Below, in pieces: positions 1 to 7,877 of a DNA stretch of 24,000 nt. Under the pieces are notes generated by a model. The model had not been told where the DNA came from. It saw only the letters and a list, made by a program, of their open reading frames with translations, and did no database searches. Positions within the stretch are counted from its first letter, which is position 1. Every line of letters begins with the position of its first letter. Origin of the DNA: Halostella litorea. Its GTDB lineage: Archaea; Halobacteriota; Halobacteria; Halobacteriales; Natronoarchaeaceae. A program made the translations under genes and the position numbers. The stretch covers positions 151,223 through 175,222 of the forward strand of contig NZ_ML214300.1 of assembly GCF_004785955.1 (NCBI RefSeq), read 5' to 3'.

Positions 1-201
1 AGCGAGGCGACCGTCCGGGCGTGGTTCAAATCCCGCCCCTTCCACTCCGCGATACGTTCCTGCGAGGCGTTTCGTCGCCGAGCGACCGCCGTATCGTGGA
101 GTGGCGAACGCGGGATTTGAGCAGGCGAGTCGCAGCGCGTGAGCGAAGCGAACGCGACCGTCTCGCAGAGTTCAAATCCCGCCCCTTCCACTCCCCGATA
201 C
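1..201 (+). repeat. Tandem structured repeat (unit about 137 nt; copy 1 cut by the window edge) carrying a tRNA T-loop/3'-end-like 25-mer
   Basis: An identical 25-mer, GTTCAAATCCCGCCCCTTCCACTCC, occurs at 33-57 and 170-194. The flanks are also similar (gcgaccgtc upstream; CGATAC..CTGCGAG downstream). Copy 2 folds as a long imperfect hairpin: GTATCG 91-96 pairs with CGATAC 196-201, GGAGTGG 98-104 with CCACTCC 188-194, and GCGGGATTTGA 110-120 with TCAAATCCCGC 172-182. Confidence 0.6.
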
Positions 202-364
202 AATTCTGCGAGACCCTCCGTCGTCGGGACCGACGGGAACCTTCACGATCTGTCGTCGAAATCGACGGTGATCGAACACCCGTTCGACGGCTCGTCGGCG
301 TACGGCCGTGACAGCCGCCGTGAGACGGTTCTCGGACGGGCCGGGGGAGAGACGGCGCGGATAT

Positions 365-402
365 TTCGACGAACGTCGTAGCGTAGTTTTAATATCGTCG
401 AA
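365..402 (+). promoter_or_regulatory. TATA-like box (TTTTAATA, 387-394) bracketed by the 8-bp inverted repeat TTCGACGA/TCGTCGAA; putative promoter and operator of the wHTH gene
   Basis: The AT-rich box lies about 30 nt upstream of the ATG at 421, which suggests a leaderless transcript. The repeat arms are at 365-372 and 395-402. Confidence 0.45.
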
Positions 403-420
403 GGTATTGAACGGCGTACG

Positions 421-642
421 ATGGCTACACGCACCCGCGAACACGACGACTCGTTGCCGGGCGAACTCGACTCACCCTGTGCGAAACTCGTGTACCTCTA
501 TCTCTCGACGCGCGGCGAGGCGACCGTCGAACGGCTCCGGAAGGAACTGGACCTGGAGAAGATCACGCTGTTCAGCATCCTCGACACGCTCGCCAGCCGC
601 GGGCTGGTGCGCGAGGAGTGCGGAACCTACCGCCCCGCATAA
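421..642 (+). CDS. Small winged-helix (TrmB/MarR-like wHTH) DNA-binding protein, 73 aa
   Basis: Complete ORF. The pattern AKLVYLYLSTRGEATVERLRKELDLEKITLFSILDTLASRGLV is typical of archaeal single-domain wHTH proteins. A TATA box lies upstream. Confidence 0.75.
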   Translation: MATRTREHDDSLPGELDSPCAKLVYLYLSTRGEATVERLRKELDLEKITLFSILDTLASRGLVREECGTYRPA

Positions 643-672
643 CGGGTCCCCACCGGCCAGCGAGGCCCGGGG

Positions 673-1671
673 TCAGTCCGCGACCGCTCCGTCCGACGCC
701 GCGTCGGCGTTGGGGTCCTGCACCCAGAGGTCGCCGAACAGTTCGTCCTGCTGCAGTCTGACCTGGCCGCGGTTCGAGAGGAAAAGCAGCGCGAGGAACG
801 TCTTCACGCGCGACCCGCCGGCCGACTGTATCTCCGCGTACAGCACTTCGTCGCGACCCGCCTCGTACTGCTCGGTCAGGGTCGCCCGCACGTCCTCGAT
901 GACCGTCTCGATGTCCTCCTCGTGGGTGTTGCTCGTGACCTCGCCCTGCGTCGGCTCGTCGTCGACGCGCATGTCGTCGCCCGAGCGGTAGTCCAGCGTC
1001 TGCGTGCCGCGCTGGAAGCCGGCGGGCGAGTCGCTGGTATCGTACTCGCGGGACTCCTTCCACCACGTCTCGCGCTCGGCCTCGCGGAGTTCCCGGACGA
1101 GTTCATCAAGCGTCTCCGGCGTGCCGCGGGCGTGCTTGCGGTCCAGCCGGCGCTCCATCTCCCGCTCTAACCCCTCGACGGGGTCGTGGCCCGGCGGCGG
1201 TGCCTCGCCGCCGTCGAGCGGTTCCTCCCACGGCTCCGGCTCCTCCGCCTCCGGCTCGTCCTCGGCGAGCAGGTCGTCGCCTTTCATCCGCAGGAGGACG
1301 CTGGCGTAGAACAGCGCCCGCCCTGAGGTCCGCAGGTCCACCTCGTCCAGCCGGTCGAGGAACTTGTCAGTCACGGCGACGATGTCGATGTCCCACGGGT
1401 CTATCTCGCCGTCCTTGGCGAGCTGGACGAGCAGTTCGACCGGCTCGACCTCCCCGTCGTCGGCGTCGCCGTCGGCCACCAGGTCGGCGACTGCCGCGGG
1501 GTCGTCGCCGTTCTCCCCGGGAGCGGCGGCCTCACTGTCTCCGGGGACCGCGTCGGCGTCAGCGCCGCCCGAGCCGGGCGGTTCGCGGTCCTCGTGGCCC
1601 GCGATGTTCAGCGGGACGTCGTCGTCCGGGTCGGCCTCGTCGTCCGGCTCCAGCCCGACCTCGTCAGTCAT
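673..1671 (-). CDS. scpA: Segregation and condensation protein A (ScpA, SMC kleisin) with a long acidic N-terminal extension
   Basis: It contains GEIDPWDIDIVAVTDKFLDRL...RTSGRALFYASVLLRMK and a C-terminal winged-helix part (FLALLFLSNRGQVRLQQDELFGDLWV). Its start overlaps the smc stop by 8 nt (ATGACTGA). Confidence 0.92.
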   Translation of the reverse strand: MTDEVGLEPDDEADPDDDVPLNIAGHEDREPPGSGGADADAVPGDSEAAAPGENGDDPAAVADLVADGDADDGEVEPVELLVQLAKDGEIDPWDIDIVAVTDKFLDRLDEVDLRTSGRALFYASVLLRMKGDDLLAEDEPEAEEPEPWEEPLDGGEAPPPGHDPVEGLEREMERRLDRKHARGTPETLDELVRELREAERETWWKESREYDTSDSPAGFQRGTQTLDYRSGDDMRVDDEPTQGEVTSNTHEEDIETVIEDVRATLTEQYEAGRDEVLYAEIQSAGGSRVKTFLALLFLSNRGQVRLQQDELFGDLWVQDPNADAASDGAVAD

Positions 1672-4600
1672 CCGCGGGCACCCCCTCGCTCAGGTCGATG
1701 CCCGTCACCGCGCTGATGTTGTCGTCCTGCATCGTCACGCCGATGGCGCGCTCCGAGCGGTCGAGCATCGCCGAGCGGTGCGAGACGACGACGAACTGGG
1801 CGTCGCCCGCCAGTTCGTCGACCATCTCGCCGACGCGCTCGGCGTTGGCGGCGTCCAGGAACGCGTCGACCTCGTCCAGCGCGTAGAACGGCGCGGGGTT
1901 GTGCCGCTGGATGGCGAAAATAAAGGCGAGCGCTGTCAGGGACTTCTCGCCGCCGGACATCGCGTCGAGCCGCTGGATCGGCTTGTCGGCGGGCTGGGCC
2001 TTCATCGTCAGGCCCCCGTCGAACGGGTCGTCCTCGTTCTCCAGGTGGAGCGTCCCCGTCCCCGAGGAGAGCCGCGCGAATATCTCCTCGAACTGCTCGT
2101 TGATGTCCTCGAACGCGTCCATGAACGTCGCCTTCTTCTGGGCCTCGTAGGAGTCGATGCGCTCGCGGATGCCGTCGCGCTCCTCGACCAGGGTCTCGCG
2201 TCCCTCCTTCAGCTCGTCGAGGTCCGCCTCCACGTCGTCGTACTCCTCGATGGCGAGCATGTTGACGGGCTCGAGCTTCTCCATCTCGGTTTCGAGGCGC
2301 GCGATGTTGGCCTCGACCTCGTCGTGGTCGGGCACCTCGTCGGGGTCGTACTCGTCGACCTCCGCCTCCAGCTCCTCTATCTCCCACTCCAACTGCTCCT
2401 CGCGCTCGCGCAGGTCCGACAGCGCCGTCTCGACGCCGTCGACCTTCTCCTTCTGTTCGTCGCGGGCCTCGCGGGCCTCGCGGAGGTCGGCTTTCAGCTC
2501 CTCGCGGTCCCCCTTCAGCTCCGCCAGCTCCGCTTCCAGCTCCTCGACGGCCTCGCGCTTCTCGTCGAGTTCGGCCTCCTTCTCGCCGATTTCGGCCTCG
2601 TACTCCTCGATAGCGGCCTCCTTCTCGGCCTTGCGGTTCTGGGCCGCCTCGATCGTCTCGTGGAGCTCCTCGATCGACTCCTCGGCGTACTGCTTCTCCA
2701 GCTGGTACTCGTTCAGGTCGGCGTCGAGGTCGCCCATGCGGTCCTCCAGGTCGTCTATCTCGGCCTCGAGGTCCTCGATCTCCCCCGTGAGCTCGGGGAT
2801 CCGGGAGTCGGCGAGTTCGGCTTCGAGGTCGGCGATCTCCTCCTCCACGTCGGCGATCGCCTCGTCGGTCTCGTCGATCTCCCCTTCGATCTCGGTCATC
2901 CGCTCGTCGACCTCCTCGCGCTCGGCGCGCAGGTCGTCGAGCTCGTCCTCCATCTCCGCGATCTCCGTCTCGACGCGCTCGTACTCGGCCTCGGTCGACT
3001 CGATCTCGGACTCGATCGAGCGCACCTGGTCGGCGGCGTCGGTCTTCCGGTCGCGGGCGTCGTCGAGGCGCTCCTCGACGTCCCGGAGGTCCTCGCGCAG
3101 CGAGTCGCGCTCGTCCTGCAGGTCGGTGATCGCCTCGGCGACCCGTTCGAGCTGGCCCTTCCCGGTCTTCGTAAAGGAGTAGCGCGAGCCGCTCTTCGAG
3201 CCGCCGGTCATCGCGCCACTCTTCTCGACGAGTTCGCCCGACAGCGTCACGAGGCGGTAGTCGCCCATGTACTGGCGGGCGGTCTCGATGTTCTCGACGA
3301 CGAGCGTGTCGCCGAGCACGTACGAGAAGATGCCCGCGTACTCGTCGGCGAAGTCGACGAGGTTGTACGCGAAGTCGACGACGCCGGGGTCGTCGGGGGC
3401 CGACGGGAGCGAGCGCGTGTGCATCTCCGTGATGGGGAGGAAGGTCGCACGCCCCGCGTTCCGGCTCTTGAGGTACTCGATGCAGTCCTGGCCGACGCCG
3501 TCGTCGTCGACGACGACGTTCGCCAGCCGGCCGCCAGCCGCCGTCTCGCAGGCCGTCGCGTACCGCTCGTCGACGCCGCCGAGCTGGCCGACGGTGCCGT
3601 GGACGCCGTCCCGGTCGGCGTTGAGCACCGTCGACACCGCCCGGCCGTAGGAGGCGTCGCCGCTCTCGTCGGCCTTGGCCTCCAGTTCGGCGTACTCCTG
3701 TTGCTTCGCCTGCAGGCGGTCCTCCACGTCGTCGACATCGTCCTGCAGTTCACGCTTCTCCCGCTTCAGGTCGTCGACCACCTCGGCGATGCTGTCCTCG
3801 TTCTTGCGCGCCTTGGCGAGTTCGTCCTCCAGGTCCTCCAGTTCGGCCTGGAGTTCGGGGAGCCGGTCGCGCGCCGCGTCGATGTCGTCCTCGGTCTCGC
3901 TGATGGCGTTCGACCGCCGGCGCGCCTCGTCGAGCAGACGGTCCTGCTCGCGCTGGCGGTCGTTCTTCTCGGTCTTGAGTTCCTCCAGCGCCTCCTTCCG
4001 GTCCTGCAGTTCGGCCTTGACCTCGTCGTACTCCGTGTCGATGGCGTCGATCTCGGCCTGCAGCTTCTCGATCTCGCTTTCCCGTTCCTGGATGTCGGCC
4101 TTGACCGACGACTTCTCCAGTTTGGTCTCGCGGATGTCGGACTCCAGGTCCTCGACCTGCTCGCCCTTGCGGTCGACCTCGACGAACGCCTCGCGGCGCT
4201 CGTTCTCGGCGTCCTCGACGGCCTCCTCGGCCGTCTCGATGCGGTCCTCCAGCCGGGAGATCTCGCCTTTGATCTCCTCCATCTCGCCTTTGATCCGGAG
4301 CTGCTCGTCCTCGCCCTTGCGCTCGATCTCGGCGTTCAAATCCTCCAGGTCCTCCTGGAGGCGGACGACCGCGCCCTGCTTCTCGTCCAGGGCGCGGCGC
4401 AGCTCCGAAAGCTCGGCCTCGCGGGCCTCGATCTCCTCGCGGGTCTCGGTTAGGTCGCCGCGTTTGTCCTCCAGCTCGGCGGCCTTGAGGTAGCCCTCGT
4501 ACTCCTCCTTCTCGTCGCGGAGCGACTGGTACTCCAGCGCGGCCTCCCGCTCGTCGGCGAGCTGTTCGAGCCGCGCCTCCTTCTCCTCGATGCGGAGGTC

Positions 4601-5236
4601 GGTCTCGGCGACCCGCTCCTCGACGACCTCCAGCTCCTCGAAGGCGTCCTCCTTCTTCGCGTCGAACTCGGCGACGCCGGCGATCTCGTCGATGATCTCG
4701 CGGCGCTCACCCGGCGTCATGTTGATGATGCCGGTGACGTCGCCCTGCATGACGACGTTGTACCCCTCCGGCGTGACGCCGGCGCTGGCCAGCAGGTTCT
4801 GGATGTCCGAGAGGTTGACCGAGCGGCCGTTGAGGTAGTAGTAGGAGTAGTAGTTGTCCTCGGTCTCCTTGACGCGGCGCTTGATCGTTATCTCGTCGAC
4901 GTCGCCGACGTCCTCGCTGCCGGCGGCGTTGACGACCTGCGGCCGGTCGACGGTCCGGTCGGCGTTGTCCAGTACGACGGTGACGCTGGCCTCGCGGGGG
5001 CCGCTCGCGCCGGACTCGCCGTCGTCGTAGCCGGGGTTGTAGATCAGGTCCGTGAGCTTCTGTGCGCGGATGCCCCGCGCCCGGGCGAGGCCGAGCGCGA
5101 ACAGGACCGCGTCGATGATGTTGCTCTTGCCGGAGCCGTTCGGGCCGCTGACGGTCGTGAAGTCCTCGTAAAACGGGATCCGGGTCTTCCGCCCGAAACT
5201 CTTGAAGTTCTCAAGGACGAGCTCTTTGATGTGCAT
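1664..5236 (-). CDS. smc: Chromosome segregation protein SMC, 1190 aa
   Basis: It has Walker A (GPNGSGKSN), long E/D/L-rich coiled coils, a hinge (GTVGQLGGVDERYATACETAAGGRLANVVVDD), an ABC signature (MSGGEKSLTALAF) and Walker B (FYALDEVDAFLD). Confidence 0.97.
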   Translation of the reverse strand: MHIKELVLENFKSFGRKTRIPFYEDFTTVSGPNGSGKSNIIDAVLFALGLARARGIRAQKLTDLIYNPGYDDGESGASGPREASVTVVLDNADRTVDRPQVVNAAGSEDVGDVDEITIKRRVKETEDNYYSYYYLNGRSVNLSDIQNLLASAGVTPEGYNVVMQGDVTGIINMTPGERREIIDEIAGVAEFDAKKEDAFEELEVVEERVAETDLRIEEKEARLEQLADEREAALEYQSLRDEKEEYEGYLKAAELEDKRGDLTETREEIEAREAELSELRRALDEKQGAVVRLQEDLEDLNAEIERKGEDEQLRIKGEMEEIKGEISRLEDRIETAEEAVEDAENERREAFVEVDRKGEQVEDLESDIRETKLEKSSVKADIQERESEIEKLQAEIDAIDTEYDEVKAELQDRKEALEELKTEKNDRQREQDRLLDEARRRSNAISETEDDIDAARDRLPELQAELEDLEDELAKARKNEDSIAEVVDDLKREKRELQDDVDDVEDRLQAKQQEYAELEAKADESGDASYGRAVSTVLNADRDGVHGTVGQLGGVDERYATACETAAGGRLANVVVDDDGVGQDCIEYLKSRNAGRATFLPITEMHTRSLPSAPDDPGVVDFAYNLVDFADEYAGIFSYVLGDTLVVENIETARQYMGDYRLVTLSGELVEKSGAMTGGSKSGSRYSFTKTGKGQLERVAEAITDLQDERDSLREDLRDVEERLDDARDRKTDAADQVRSIESEIESTEAEYERVETEIAEMEDELDDLRAEREEVDERMTEIEGEIDETDEAIADVEEEIADLEAELADSRIPELTGEIEDLEAEIDDLEDRMGDLDADLNEYQLEKQYAEESIEELHETIEAAQNRKAEKEAAIEEYEAEIGEKEAELDEKREAVEELEAELAELKGDREELKADLREAREARDEQKEKVDGVETALSDLREREEQLEWEIEELEAEVDEYDPDEVPDHDEVEANIARLETEMEKLEPVNMLAIEEYDDVEADLDELKEGRETLVEERDGIRERIDSYEAQKKATFMDAFEDINEQFEEIFARLSSGTGTLHLENEDDPFDGGLTMKAQPADKPIQRLDAMSGGEKSLTALAFIFAIQRHNPAPFYALDEVDAFLDAANAERVGEMVDELAGDAQFVVVSHRSAMLDRSERAIGVTMQDDNISAVTGIDLSEGVPADD

Positions 5237-5266
5237 GGGTTGCTCGTGGGGGCGGACGACCCCGCC

Positions 5267-5569
5267 TTACGCGACGATGATGTCGTCGCCGAGATCGGAG
5301 TCGTCCGCGTCTTCGTCCCCCTCCTGGGGGTCGTCGGCCTTAGCCGCTTCGGACGCCGCCTCCGCGACGTCGTCGGGCGTCGCTTCCTCGGCCGCGCCGT
5401 CGTCCGTGGTCCGGGGAGTCGCCGCGCGGGACGGCGTCTCGGCGTCCAGTTCCGACTCCAGCACGCGGATGCGTTCCTTCGCCTCGACCAGTTCCTCGGT
5501 GAGTCCCTCGACGGTGGACTCCAGTTCCGCGACCGTCGCCTCGAGCTCCTCGACCCTGTTGCCGGTCAT
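5267..5569 (-). CDS. Small acidic coiled-coil protein of unknown function (100 aa), first gene of the smc-scpA cluster
   Basis: Translation: MTGNRVEELEATVAELESTVEGLTEELVEAKERIRVLESELD, followed by a disordered D/E/A/P-rich tail ending in DDIIVA. I chose the start at 5569 because a TATA-like box lies about 28 nt upstream. The longer ORF reaching 5728 has an R/P-rich extension that does not look like coding sequence and overlaps the GNAT gene. The stop is 30 nt upstream of the smc start. Confidence 0.72.
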   Translation of the reverse strand: MTGNRVEELEATVAELESTVEGLTEELVEAKERIRVLESELDAETPSRAATPRTTDDGAAEEATPDDVAEAASEAAKADDPQEGDEDADDSDLGDDIIVA

Positions 5570-5588
5570 ACGTGTACAGGCGCGGTTC

Positions 5589-5610
5589 CTGACGCATAAA
5601 CGTACGTCAG
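5589..5610 (-). promoter_or_regulatory. Inverted repeat CTGACG-N10-CGTCAG enclosing the TATA-like box (TTTATG on the minus strand) of the coiled-coil/smc/scpA cluster
   Basis: The arms are at 5589-5594 and 5605-5610. CATAAA at 5595-5600 lies about 28 nt upstream of the ATG at 5569. Confidence 0.4.
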
Positions 5611-5655
5611 ACAAGTAAATACTTTCTGATAGGTGAACGGAGCGGAGCGGCGGGG

Positions 5656-6210
5656 CTACCCGTCGGCCCGCCACTCCGACCGGAGGAGCCCGTAACAGAG
5701 CGCGTCGTGATACTCGCCGCGGTACCACGCGGCCTCGCGCTGCGTTCCCTCGTGCTCGAACCCCAGCGACTCCAGCAAGGCGATCGAGCCCTCGTTGAAG
5801 CTCCCGGGGTACGCGCTCACGCGCCGGAGGTTGCGGTCCGTGAAGGCGTACTCGACCATCCGGCCGGCGGCGTCGGACCCGTACCCCAGTCCCTGGTGTT
5901 CGGGCACGATCCAGTACGCCAGTTCCGCGGACCGGGCCCGGGCCGTCTCGGTGGGGCCGTATCGGGACTCCGACAGCGAGACGTGCCCGACGGGTTCGTC
6001 GTCGTGACAGACCAGGCAGTGGACGTCCCCCTCGGTGGTGAGGACCTCCTCGAAGAACTCCGCGGCGAGTTCGTCGTTCATCGGTTTGATGCTGAGCGAC
6101 GGCCGCCAGACGGCGGGGTCGTTCATCGCTCGCTGGACGAATTCCATGTCGTCCCGTTCGATCGGGCGGAGCGTCACCGTCTCCCCCTCCAGAAACACCG
6201 GGCCGGGCAT
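5656..6210 (-). CDS. GNAT family N-acetyltransferase (RimJ/RimL-like), 184 aa
   Basis: The layout matches RimL-type GNATs: VTLRPIERDDMEFVQRAMNDP at the N-terminus, and a core with AELAYWIVPEHQGLGYGSDAAGRMVEYAF...RVSAYPGSFNEGSIALLESLGFEHEG. Confidence 0.88.
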   Translation of the reverse strand: MPGPVFLEGETVTLRPIERDDMEFVQRAMNDPAVWRPSLSIKPMNDELAAEFFEEVLTTEGDVHCLVCHDDEPVGHVSLSESRYGPTETARARSAELAYWIVPEHQGLGYGSDAAGRMVEYAFTDRNLRRVSAYPGSFNEGSIALLESLGFEHEGTQREAAWYRGEYHDALCYGLLRSEWRADG

Positions 6211-6357
6211 AGCCGAACGTTCCCCGAGCGTAGCAAATGCTTTCGGGTGCTGTGGGAGGTGGTAGCGTTCGGGACGCGTGGACAGTTCGGACTCCGCCGA
6301 CGATGGGCCGCTACGGCGACACCCGCGAACAGCACCGTCGGCGTCCGGTCCCGTTAG

Positions 6358-6365
6358 CCTTTAAC
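6358..6365 (+). promoter_or_regulatory. TATA-like box (CCTTTAAC) for gatB
   Basis: This is the only AT-rich patch in the region and lies about 28 nt upstream of the ATG at 6390. Confidence 0.35.
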
Positions 6366-6389
6366 CGGGCCGCGCCGAACCGGGGGGTA

Positions 6390-7877
6390 ATGACCGCACA
6401 GGCAGCCCAGCAGGCGGACCTCGCGACCGTCATCGGCCTGGAGGTCCACGTCCAGCTGGAGACGGAGACGAAGATCTTCTGTGGCTGTTCGACGGACGCG
6501 GCGGACGCGGAGCCGAACTCCCTGACCTGCCCCGTCTGTCTCGGCCTCCCGGGGGCGCTCCCGGTGCTGAACGAGGCGGCCGTCGAGGCCGCGGTGAAGG
6601 TGGGGAAGGCCATCGACGCAACCATCCCGGAGGAGACGGCGTTCCACCGGAAGAACTACTACTACCCCGACCTGCCGAAGAACTTCCAGATCACCCAGTA
6701 CGACGACCCGATCTGCCAGGACGGGGAGCTGACGTTTACGGTCGGCGACGACCGCCGGACGGTCGGCATCCGGCGCGCCCACCTGGAGGAGGACCCGGGG
6801 AGCCTCCAGCACGTCGGCGGCAGCATCGACACGGCCGACCACACGCGGGTCGACTACAACCGCGCGGGGACGCCGCTTCTGGAGATCGTCACCGAACCGG
6901 ACTTCCGCGGCGCGGGCGAGGTGCGGTCGTTCCTCGCCAAACTGGAGGAGGTCCTGGAGTACCTCAGCGTGTTCGACAGCACGCGCGACGGGAGCCTCCG
7001 CATCGACGCCAACCTGAGCCTCGTGCCCGCGGCTGAGGTCGACGACGAGGGTGCGATAGACGAGGCCGCCCTCGACGACGCCAACCGCACCGAGGTCAAG
7101 AACATCACCAGCCACAAGGGCGCGGAGAAGGCGCTGGCCTACGAGGAGACCCGGCAGAAAAACGCCGTCGAGCGCGGCCGCGAGGTCGAACAGGAGACGC
7201 GCCACTGGGACGAGTCCCGCGGCGTCACCGTCTCGATGCGCTCGAAGGAGGAGGAGAAGGACTACCGCTACTTCCGCGAGGAGGACCTGCCGCCGCTGCG
7301 GGTCGCCGACTGGAAGGAGCGCATCTCCATCCCGGAACTGCCCGACGCCCGGCGCGAGCGGTTCCGCGAGGAGTACGGCCTGAGCGGGGAGGCCGCCTCG
7401 AAGCTCACCTCCACGAAGCAGGTCGCGGACTTCTACGAGGACCTGGCCGGCGAGTTCGACCCGGACCTAGCGGCGACGTGGGTCGCCGACAACCTGCTGG
7501 GCGAACTCAACTACCGCGACATGGCGATCACCGACGTGGACGGCCGGCTGGACGAGATCCGCCGGCTCGTCGAACTGGTCGCCGACGACGAGATCACCGC
7601 CAAGAACGCCCGCGAGACGGTGCTCCGACGGATGCTGGACGAGGGCGAGGACCCCGACGCGGTCGTCGAGAGCGAGGGGCTCGGCAAGACCGGCGAGGAC
7701 GAGGTGCGGGGGGCGGTCGTCGCCGCGATAGACGACAACCCCGACGCGGTGGCGGACTACCGCGACGGCGACGACGGCGCGCTCAACTTCCTCGTCGGGC
7801 AGGTGATGGGCGCGACCGGCGGGAGCGCCGACCCCGGCACCGTCAACGAACTGCTCCGCGAGGAACTGGACGGCTGA
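6390..7877 (+). CDS. gatB: Asp-tRNA(Asn)/Glu-tRNA(Gln) amidotransferase subunit B (GatB)
   Basis: It contains VIGLEVHVQLETETKIFCGC, CPVCLGLPGALPVLN, NYYYPDLPKNFQITQYD, RRAHLEEDPG and a C-terminal YqeY-like tail (ALNFLVGQVMGATGG). I moved the start to the internal ATG at 6390 because the upstream ORF extension is R/P-rich and looks non-coding. Confidence 0.93.
   Translation: MTAQAAQQADLATVIGLEVHVQLETETKIFCGCSTDAADAEPNSLTCPVCLGLPGALPVLNEAAVEAAVKVGKAIDATIPEETAFHRKNYYYPDLPKNFQITQYDDPICQDGELTFTVGDDRRTVGIRRAHLEEDPGSLQHVGGSIDTADHTRVDYNRAGTPLLEIVTEPDFRGAGEVRSFLAKLEEVLEYLSVFDSTRDGSLRIDANLSLVPAAEVDDEGAIDEAALDDANRTEVKNITSHKGAEKALAYEETRQKNAVERGREVEQETRHWDESRGVTVSMRSKEEEKDYRYFREEDLPPLRVADWKERISIPELPDARRERFREEYGLSGEAASKLTSTKQVADFYEDLAGEFDPDLAATWVADNLLGELNYRDMAITDVDGRLDEIRRLVELVADDEITAKNARETVLRRMLDEGEDPDAVVESEGLGKTGEDEVRGAVVAAIDDNPDAVADYRDGDDGALNFLVGQVMGATGGSADPGTVNELLREELDG

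Noticed and set aside
33-194. Calling the GGTTCAAATCC-containing segments genuine tRNA genes
   Set aside because: No 5-bp T-stem can form in either copy (CGTGG or CAGAG against CCCGC). No D-arm or anticodon arm can be placed. The GGAGTGG/CCACTCC closing helix does not abut a T-arm as a tRNA requires. I therefore report the segments as a tRNA-like repeat, not as tRNAs.
1364-4453. 1029-aa ORF on the plus strand, antisense to smc
   Set aside because: The translation is low-complexity L/V/G/R/D-rich with no motifs, whereas the opposite strand encodes a full SMC with all its signature motifs. Long antisense ORFs are expected at this GC content, especially opposite GAG/GAC/CTC-rich coiled-coil coding sequence.
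5570-5728. N-terminal extensions of several track ORFs (5267..5728, 6237..7877, 15654..17078, 15762..16835, 19044..19535)
   Set aside because: The extended parts are R/P/G-rich, lack similarity to the family N-termini, and overlap neighbouring genes or promoters. Internal ATGs preceded by TATA-like boxes at about -27 give proteins that start where the conserved families start. The 19535 start remains a possible alternative.
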